Assembly: GCA_046538485.1 (NCBI GenBank)
Contig: JBKHIT010000011.1
Location: 32,693 to 96,692, forward strand
Source of the DNA: Candidatus Brocadiia bacterium
GTDB taxonomy: Bacteria; Planctomycetota; Brocadiia; SM23-32
DNA: 64,000 nt
Direction: 5' to 3'
Under the pieces are notes generated by a model. It was given only the letters and a program-made list of their open reading frames with translations, was not told where the DNA came from and ran no database searches. How positions within the stretch are numbered: position 1 is the first letter of the stretch; each line of letters begins with the position of its first letter. The translations under genes and the position numbers were made by a program. This document shows, piece by piece, positions 58,121-64,000 of this stretch.

Positions 58121-58170
58121 ATCCGCCTCTCCGCAAGTCCCTTACGTCCTTTGGGCCCCCTTTCGTCCCT

Positions 58171-59670
58171 TCAGCTGCCCTCGCCGATGATCGCTTCCAC
58201 CTCCCCTCTCAGCAACTTTTTGGCTTCTTCCAGCCGTTCCCGTCGCTCGCCCTGCCGTCGGCGGGCTTTTTCAAGCGCCTCGCGCCGTTTCGCAACCAGC
58301 CGAAGCGTCTCTTCCGGGGCAGGCGATCCCAGGCACCGGTGTTTTTCAAAAAACGTTTCCAGCCCCATGGCATCCTGCACATCCTCCGTGGAAAGACCGG
58401 GACCCGGTTCGCCGGTCACGTCAGCCGCTTCGTCAAGCAATTCCCCGGTCATTCCGGCAGGTTCAATCCCACGCTCGCGGGCCAACCGAACGAAATTGCA
58501 GCAGATCCTGTGCGCCTGTCGTTTTGCGTAATCGAGATCACGAACCAGCTTGATCACAAGGTCGGGGGCTCCGGAATATCCCTCGCGCACGATTTCCTTC
58601 ATCCGTTCTCTGTCGATCCGGAGTGTGGGCAGAATTTCGGACCAGACGCCCAGCGCACGCTGGATCGTCCCGCATCCTTTCATGGCATACTGTGGCGAAT
58701 GTTTGATGATGAGCGTGTCCTGGATGGGTTCCGCTTTCAGGGAGTTGACGGCGGTCTCCATCTCCCCGATCACCTCGTTGCAGGGGATGCGGATATTTTC
58801 AAAAATCCCACCGGAGTGGGCCTTCTGGGGCATCAGCGAGCTGACGCCCTGCCATTGGGGCGCCACCTCGTGGGTCATCATGGCTTCGAGTGTCCATATC
58901 TCGTGATCGAGGGTTGTCCGCGCCAGCGTGATCGCTATGCTGGAAAGAGCAAAAAGTATCTGCGTGACGTGGTCGTAGGAGGATTCGCAGTCGCAGGTGG
59001 GCTCCACGGTGCGATCGAACCCGAGCAGTTCGGTGATCATCTCCCGGTCGACCGGCCACCCCGGTCCGGAGCAGGCGCCGCATCCGCCGCTGTTCATGTT
59101 CGTTGTGCGGTAGGCCAGTTCCAGCTGTTCCAGCCCACGCGATAGCGGGTCGTGGACGGCCAGCAGATACGCTCCATAGGTGGTGGGCTGGGCGTGGGAG
59201 AAATGCGTGCTCCCCGCCATCATCGCATCGGCCGTCTCTTCGGATTTGTCCAGCGTCACCGCCATGGCATCGTGCAGGACATCGAAGACATCGAGCATGA
59301 TATCTCGCAGCTGCATCCGGGCCATCGGTTCCTGGGTGGTGCGGCCGAGATTCACCGCGCTGGCCGTATCCTCATCCCCGGCCAATTTCTCCTTCAGCCA
59401 GGGCTCGATGAGATGCCCCGCTTCTTCATCGGCATCACGGAGAGCTCTGAGCAGCTTTTGGGCCGTTTCACATTCGATCACATCGTGTTTGTGCAGCATG
59501 ACGACCCATGCCCGGCTCATGCGGGCGTTGTAGGGCAACTGGTTCCCAAATTTCCGCATTTCCTCCCCCGGAACTGACTTCCAGTAATTCCACCTCGGGG
59601 CCCGTTCAGCTCCGGGCGTCTGGCGACGATGAACCGTCCTGCTGGCGAATTCGTTTTTATCTTCAGTCAT
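58171..59670 (-). CDS. Argininosuccinate lyase / fumarase-aspartase superfamily C-N lyase (non-canonical)
   Basis: IEP.L, NLGRT..E, MAGSTHFSHAQPTTYG, W..DRE....LLGF, SSLMPQKAHS signature variant, R.AHR. Confidence 0.85.
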   Translation of the reverse strand: MTEDKNEFASRTVHRRQTPGAERAPRWNYWKSVPGEEMRKFGNQLPYNARMSRAWVVMLHKHDVIECETAQKLLRALRDADEEAGHLIEPWLKEKLAGDEDTASAVNLGRTTQEPMARMQLRDIMLDVFDVLHDAMAVTLDKSEETADAMMAGSTHFSHAQPTTYGAYLLAVHDPLSRGLEQLELAYRTTNMNSGGCGACSGPGWPVDREMITELLGFDRTVEPTCDCESSYDHVTQILFALSSIAITLARTTLDHEIWTLEAMMTHEVAPQWQGVSSLMPQKAHSGGIFENIRIPCNEVIGEMETAVNSLKAEPIQDTLIIKHSPQYAMKGCGTIQRALGVWSEILPTLRIDRERMKEIVREGYSGAPDLVIKLVRDLDYAKRQAHRICCNFVRLARERGIEPAGMTGELLDEAADVTGEPGPGLSTEDVQDAMGLETFFEKHRCLGSPAPEETLRLVAKRREALEKARRRQGERRERLEEAKKLLRGEVEAIIGEGS

Positions 59671-59740
59671 TTGAAGGTCCTCAGTTTGCGTTGAGTCTTG
59701 ATTGGCAATACGTGGGCAAGGGGTTGCTCAATGCCACATT

Positions 59741-61150
59741 TCAATTTCCCTCGGCGGTCAACAGCGCCATAAGTTGACGGACGTCATCCACTTTTTCAAA
59801 CCTGTCGATCAAATCGACAATCTGGTCGGTACGGTCAGGCGGGAAATTGCCGGAAAATTCGGCGCAGTCCTTGAATTTCTGCACGATCTCTTTGAACGTC
59901 GCATTACCCGGCGCGAAAGTCTGGCACGGACATTGCCTCCGCACGAGCCGGCGGCCGTCCTGTAAATGGACCACAAGACCCTGTGGATATCGTGATCGGT
60001 CCGGGTAATCGAGGGGTTGCTCGGCGATGGGCTCCATTTCGTCAGGGGGTTTGATGTGCGCGATTTCGTTCGCGAATTCGGCCACCTCGGTGTCGTCTCG
60101 CACGTTCTCGTTCGTGTAATCCCTCAGGGAGGCCGGGCCGCGGAGTAAGGTATGGGCCACGCCCCACGCAACACTGAACTGGGCATCGACCTGCGGGTTT
60201 TCGCCAATCCGAAACGGATTGCCCACCAGCCCGCCGGGTCCGCACCCGAACAGTTCAACCCCGGCGATCTGTTCGGGTCGCAGGTCTTCCTCTTCGCGAA
60301 GCTTTTCGGCTGCAGCCTGGGCGTGATGGCAGGCCCCGCAACTCGGCCAGCGCTTGATGGCCACCCTCTCGACCTGCAACCATTCGCGTTCTTTTGTCAG
60401 TTCTTCCGCCTCCGGCGCATCGCCATTCATGTAAACACTGAAATACCCGGCCTCCCCGTCCAGAGCCCGTTCGGGCCCCGTCACCCCCCGCGCGGCCATG
60501 GTTGTGGACCAGAGGGCCGACCGCGCGGCAAACCCGGGCTGCATGCGTTTCGTGAGAGTCGAATCGAGCAATGCCTGCCGGTTGCCCGAGACCTGCGCGT
60601 AGTTGATCCCCATCGCATTGACGCATTCCCGGCGGTCGAGACCCAGAAGCCGGGCCACCGTGAGGACGGCCCCAAAACTTCCCGCGAGGGACGTCGGAAG
60701 AAATCCCATCCCCCGCCGGCGTCCCCGTTCGGCCATCGAAAGCCGCCCGGCCACTTCAATGCCCATGATCATGGCCGCAAGAGCCTTCTTACCGGACGTT
60801 TCCGACATTTCCTGCGCGGCGAGCATGATGGGAACGATGATGGAGGTGATATGGAGCGTGCCGGGAATGTAGACATCGTCGTAGTCGAGCGCATGAGTCA
60901 TAGCTGCGTTTGCAAAGACGGCGTTCGGGGCGGGAACTTTGGTGCCGCGCCCTATAATCGTGGCTTCCTTTTTCCCGCCCCAGGCTTCCGCTTGTTCGAC
61001 AGCTTGCCGCACCCCGGGCTCCTGCTGCCCGGCGATCGCACATCCAGTAGCGTCCAGCAGCAATTTTTTAGCAGCTTCGTATGCGCTGGAGGGAATATCC
61101 GTTACGTCAGGACGCAGACCAAAATCACTCAGAACTTCGCTCAGAGTCAT
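59741..61150 (-). CDS. MmgE/PrpD family protein
   Basis: LLDATGCAIAG, ANAAMTHALDYDD, H..S.I.P, TKRMQPG.AA, KRWPSC...H, AQFS, KF.DCA. Confidence 0.93.
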   Translation of the reverse strand: MTLSEVLSDFGLRPDVTDIPSSAYEAAKKLLLDATGCAIAGQQEPGVRQAVEQAEAWGGKKEATIIGRGTKVPAPNAVFANAAMTHALDYDDVYIPGTLHITSIIVPIMLAAQEMSETSGKKALAAMIMGIEVAGRLSMAERGRRRGMGFLPTSLAGSFGAVLTVARLLGLDRRECVNAMGINYAQVSGNRQALLDSTLTKRMQPGFAARSALWSTTMAARGVTGPERALDGEAGYFSVYMNGDAPEAEELTKEREWLQVERVAIKRWPSCGACHHAQAAAEKLREEEDLRPEQIAGVELFGCGPGGLVGNPFRIGENPQVDAQFSVAWGVAHTLLRGPASLRDYTNENVRDDTEVAEFANEIAHIKPPDEMEPIAEQPLDYPDRSRYPQGLVVHLQDGRRLVRRQCPCQTFAPGNATFKEIVQKFKDCAEFSGNFPPDRTDQIVDLIDRFEKVDDVRQLMALLTAEGN

Positions 61151-63539
61151 TATTAATCTCGGTGAGAAGTTTCTCGGCTCGGTGGTAGAGGTAGGATGCC
61201 AGGACCATCAGAACTCCCAGCACCACGAACGATATGATCCGGTAGATCTGCTCGATTCCTGAGAGGTCCATGGCGACCAGTTTGATGGCCGTCGCGCCGA
61301 AGAGTCCCAGGGCCCCCAGTCGCACCGTCCGCCACTTTCTCCAGAAACCGACCACAAGAGTAACGGTCGCAGAGATAGCCCAGACAACGGATACCGACAT
61401 TCTTGCCATCCATTGTGCGCGGGAAAGATCCGAAATTGTCTCCCAGCAATACGCGGCCGGTTCGGCGCTTAAAATCACAATCAGATAGAGCCATCCGCAC
61501 CAATGAAAGACAGCGGCACCGGACTCCACGACATCTTCATGCGTTGAAGAACGCCAGAAACCGTAGCTGAACAGGAGCGCCACGGGGATGATTGCCGTGA
61601 TGAACCGAAGGTTGAAACCCACCGTGTGGGGAGAGACGATCTCCTGCGAGTAGAGAGACCCGCTCAAAATGCACGCCAGCAATAGCGGCAAAACACCCAC
61701 CCAACCCGCGACCGCATGCAGCCCTTTGCCGGCAATCAGAAGGCCGAATGCGCCAAACGTCCAAACGAGGATTATCGAACATCGAGCGTAGTAAGCACTC
61801 GCTTCCGGCGCGGAATCATACAGGTGCGAGGTGATCTCAACCTGGATCACAAACACTGCAAGCAACCAGGATGTTATTCCCCAGATGAGTTTCAAAGCAT
61901 CGTCCATCTTCGATTCCGACGGGGCGAACTGTTTGCTCAAAAACGCGCATATGGCGCCGGCGAACGGGACCGACAACATCGCCCCGAATTCGCGATTCAA
62001 GAAAAGTGTCGCAAACTCTTCATCGGACGGCAGATGAATCAACAGCACCCGCAAGACGGCGATGCCGAAGACGGTGAGAGCAAGAACACGCAGCGGTTCA
62101 TATCGGAGTCGGAGACCGAGGCACAGTAGAACCATCGCTTCTATCGACCACAGGACGGGTATTTTGTAATATCCAAATTCAAGCAGCACACCCCACGTCA
62201 CAAAACCCACGGCAAGAATCACAAAAAGCAACCGGGTTTTGCGGTCCTCCGAGACCCACCAGTTCCAGCCGATGGTTCCAAGGGTGTAAACGGCGCCCAG
62301 GGCAAAAAATACGAGGGCGAGAGTATTCTGGTAGCTTTCGTAAAGCATTGCCAGCAAATAACCTGTAACCACAAAGGGGATCACAGTCTCAACAATAAAC
62401 CGATCCATAGGCAGCGGGTTCCGTCCCCGCAGGTGGCAGACCAGAGGTAAGATGAGAAACAAAACGAAGAAGCCCAAAAGCCACGCGAGAGTTCCTGTCA
62501 GGACGTTTCCAGAATAGAATTCAACATACCATCCCGCGAATAACAACCAGGTGCCCGCCAGAGCAACAAGGTCCAACCCGCGCCATTTTTTCAGCAGAAT
62601 AACCCCGAGCATGCCGAGATTCAGCACGGTCAGGTAGGTGAAGAGGACGTCCCGCTGGTTCGTGCCCGTGGAACACAAAACGGGAGTCAGCAGACCGCCG
62701 ATGAGCGCAAGGAAGGCGATTGTGATGGCATCGTTCCTCATCGCAAGTGCCATCCCAAGGGCCGTAACGCCCACCATAGATAGAAATGCCACCTGTTGTG
62801 GAATCAGATCATAAAGCGAGAAAGCAGCAAAAAGCGAGACATAGAGCACCGCCAGCGCGCCTCCCATCAGGGCCTGGCCGAGACCCCGCATCTCTTTGCC
62901 AATCGATATCTGGCCCGCAACCAGCATGGCAACCCCACCAATAAGCCCGAGAACGCATCGTTCTGCCGGTCCGAGCCATCCCATATCGATCGCGTATTTC
63001 ACGAACAAACCGGCAGCCAGGAAAAGGATAAATGCTCCAATTCTGGCGACCCAGAGTTTCCCGATCGCCCACTCGATATTGTCCCAGCCGCCAGCTGTGG
63101 TCTCGGCTGGTTCAACCTCGGTCTGCTCCGGCTCGCCCCACTGCGGCTCTTCCTCAGCAACTTCAGCCTCTTCCATCGGGCCTGATACTGGTTCGGCCTG
63201 GGGTTCCTCAGTAGTCTCGGGCTCTTGTTCCCCCGGGGTGAGCTCCGGTTCGGCTCCGGGCTCTCCAGACATCGCCGACTTCTCCTCCTGCGTGGCCGCC
63301 GTCCCATCTGTCTCAACGTCTTGCTGAGGAACGGTTTGCCGCTCGACAGGGGATTTTTCTCGTGGAGTCGGGATCTCTTCTCCGGACACCAGAACGTTGA
63401 GCTTTTTCTGGAGCTGGCTCAGGCGCCTTTCGAGGCTCCGGATCGTGCTTTGATTCGAAAGCACGAGGATGAACGCGATAATGCCAAGGACACTTCCGGC
63501 AATAATTAGTAAAACCAGCAACGTCAAGAAACCCATCAT
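61125..63539 (-). CDS. DUF2339-like polytopic membrane protein
   Basis: N-terminal TM plus coiled coil, acidic linker, E..IG..W..RIG, FVKYAID.GW.GP..R, many TM helices, K.V.MDLS....YRIISF..LG; start 63539 after AAGGGAG. Confidence 0.88.
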   Translation of the reverse strand: MMGFLTLLVLLIIAGSVLGIIAFILVLSNQSTIRSLERRLSQLQKKLNVLVSGEEIPTPREKSPVERQTVPQQDVETDGTAATQEEKSAMSGEPGAEPELTPGEQEPETTEEPQAEPVSGPMEEAEVAEEEPQWGEPEQTEVEPAETTAGGWDNIEWAIGKLWVARIGAFILFLAAGLFVKYAIDMGWLGPAERCVLGLIGGVAMLVAGQISIGKEMRGLGQALMGGALAVLYVSLFAAFSLYDLIPQQVAFLSMVGVTALGMALAMRNDAITIAFLALIGGLLTPVLCSTGTNQRDVLFTYLTVLNLGMLGVILLKKWRGLDLVALAGTWLLFAGWYVEFYSGNVLTGTLAWLLGFFVLFLILPLVCHLRGRNPLPMDRFIVETVIPFVVTGYLLAMLYESYQNTLALVFFALGAVYTLGTIGWNWWVSEDRKTRLLFVILAVGFVTWGVLLEFGYYKIPVLWSIEAMVLLCLGLRLRYEPLRVLALTVFGIAVLRVLLIHLPSDEEFATLFLNREFGAMLSVPFAGAICAFLSKQFAPSESKMDDALKLIWGITSWLLAVFVIQVEITSHLYDSAPEASAYYARCSIILVWTFGAFGLLIAGKGLHAVAGWVGVLPLLLACILSGSLYSQEIVSPHTVGFNLRFITAIIPVALLFSYGFWRSSTHEDVVESGAAVFHWCGWLYLIVILSAEPAAYCWETISDLSRAQWMARMSVSVVWAISATVTLVVGFWRKWRTVRLGALGLFGATAIKLVAMDLSGIEQIYRIISFVVLGVLMVLASYLYHRAEKLLTEINNDSERSSE

Positions 63540-63700
63540 CGCCGTTCTCCCTTGAGAGATTTTTGGGGCGGGGTTTGGTCCGCAGCTGGCGAACCGGGCA
63601 AGACATTTCCTGCATTCCTCATCCAACCGCCGCAACGGTAACCATGCTACCGGCCAGAGCCGACGAACGCAAAAAAACAGCAGGACGCTTCCTGTGCACC

Positions 63701-63815
63701 AGGCTCCGTCTAAGAATACCGGTCGTTCGGCCCGAAAGCGAGCGTCCCGCAGGCGGGGGAGGCTGGCGCGGACGCCGAAACAGACCTGTCCAGTGGAGAT
63801 AAGTCGCTGCAGGCG
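63701..63815. repeat. Repeat family 2, copy 2 (inverted relative to 2716-2879)
   Basis: CAGACCTGTCCAGTGGAGATAAG (63781-63803) is the exact reverse complement of 2788-2810; similarity extends to one terminal repeat at 63701. Confidence 0.85.
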
Positions 63816-63894
63816 TACTTAAAACGTTCCGATTTGTTGAAAATTACTCTTACAATTCCTATTCACAACCACCCGCGTATTTGCGGTACCCTGC

Positions 63895-63990
63895 AAGGAA
63901 TTTGCGCTGTCGGTCTTTTCGCTGCCCGGGAGTCGGACATTCCCGGAAAATCCCGGCTGACTCTGCCCTCGGACGGGGCGCAAATTCCTT
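63895..63990. repeat. 96-bp element with perfect 13-bp terminal inverted repeats (repeat family 3, copy 2)
   Basis: AAGGAATTTGCGC...GCGCAAATTCCTT; may extend past the window end. Confidence 0.8.
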
Positions 63991-64000
63991 AATTTTCCTT

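Noticed and set aside
58171..59670. Assigning the symbol argH
   Set aside because: The signature motif deviates and the neighbour is MmgE/PrpD rather than arginine biosynthesis genes
1..64000. CRISPR array, tRNA, rRNA, prophage or transposase genes
   Set aside because: No regularly spaced direct repeats, no tRNA cloverleaf with a T-loop and no mobile-element ORFs were seen on manual reading

Overview
Bacterial chromosomal window, most likely from a Planctomycetota/PVC organism. This is inferred from DUF4838 proteins, a TIGR03790-like gene, a prepilin/H-X9-DG gene, an exbB-exbD-exbD-TPR operon and thiL-tsaE linkage. Housekeeping genes (pth, rplY, mfd, bioY, glycerate kinase, thiL, tsaE, mutL, a radical SAM gene) flank a ~35 kb glycan-catabolism region. 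That region holds an SGNH esterase, GHL10-like and atypical GH32 hydrolases, three BNR/sialidase genes, a DHDPS/NAL-type aldolase, an acetylesterase, a sulfatase, CBM9, a GH42-like protein and two DUF4838 proteins. I saw no tRNA, rRNA, CRISPR array or transposase. The best leads are: (1) a ~190-nt structured RNA candidate with no credible ORF, with its own sigma54 promoter, activator-like site and U-tailed 3' structure (48446-48764, minus); (2) three families of dispersed intergenic repeats, one with compensatory base changes; (3) an MmgE/PrpD plus non-canonical argininosuccinate-lyase-family pair resembling iminodisuccinate/EDDS catabolism; (4) an operon of Zn-ribbon protein, degenerate GHMP kinase, amidohydrolase and GTDC1/QTMAN-like glycosyltransferase; (5) a pseudoknot-containing leader; (6) two frameshifted genes. 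All family calls come from motif recognition by eye; no database search was run.
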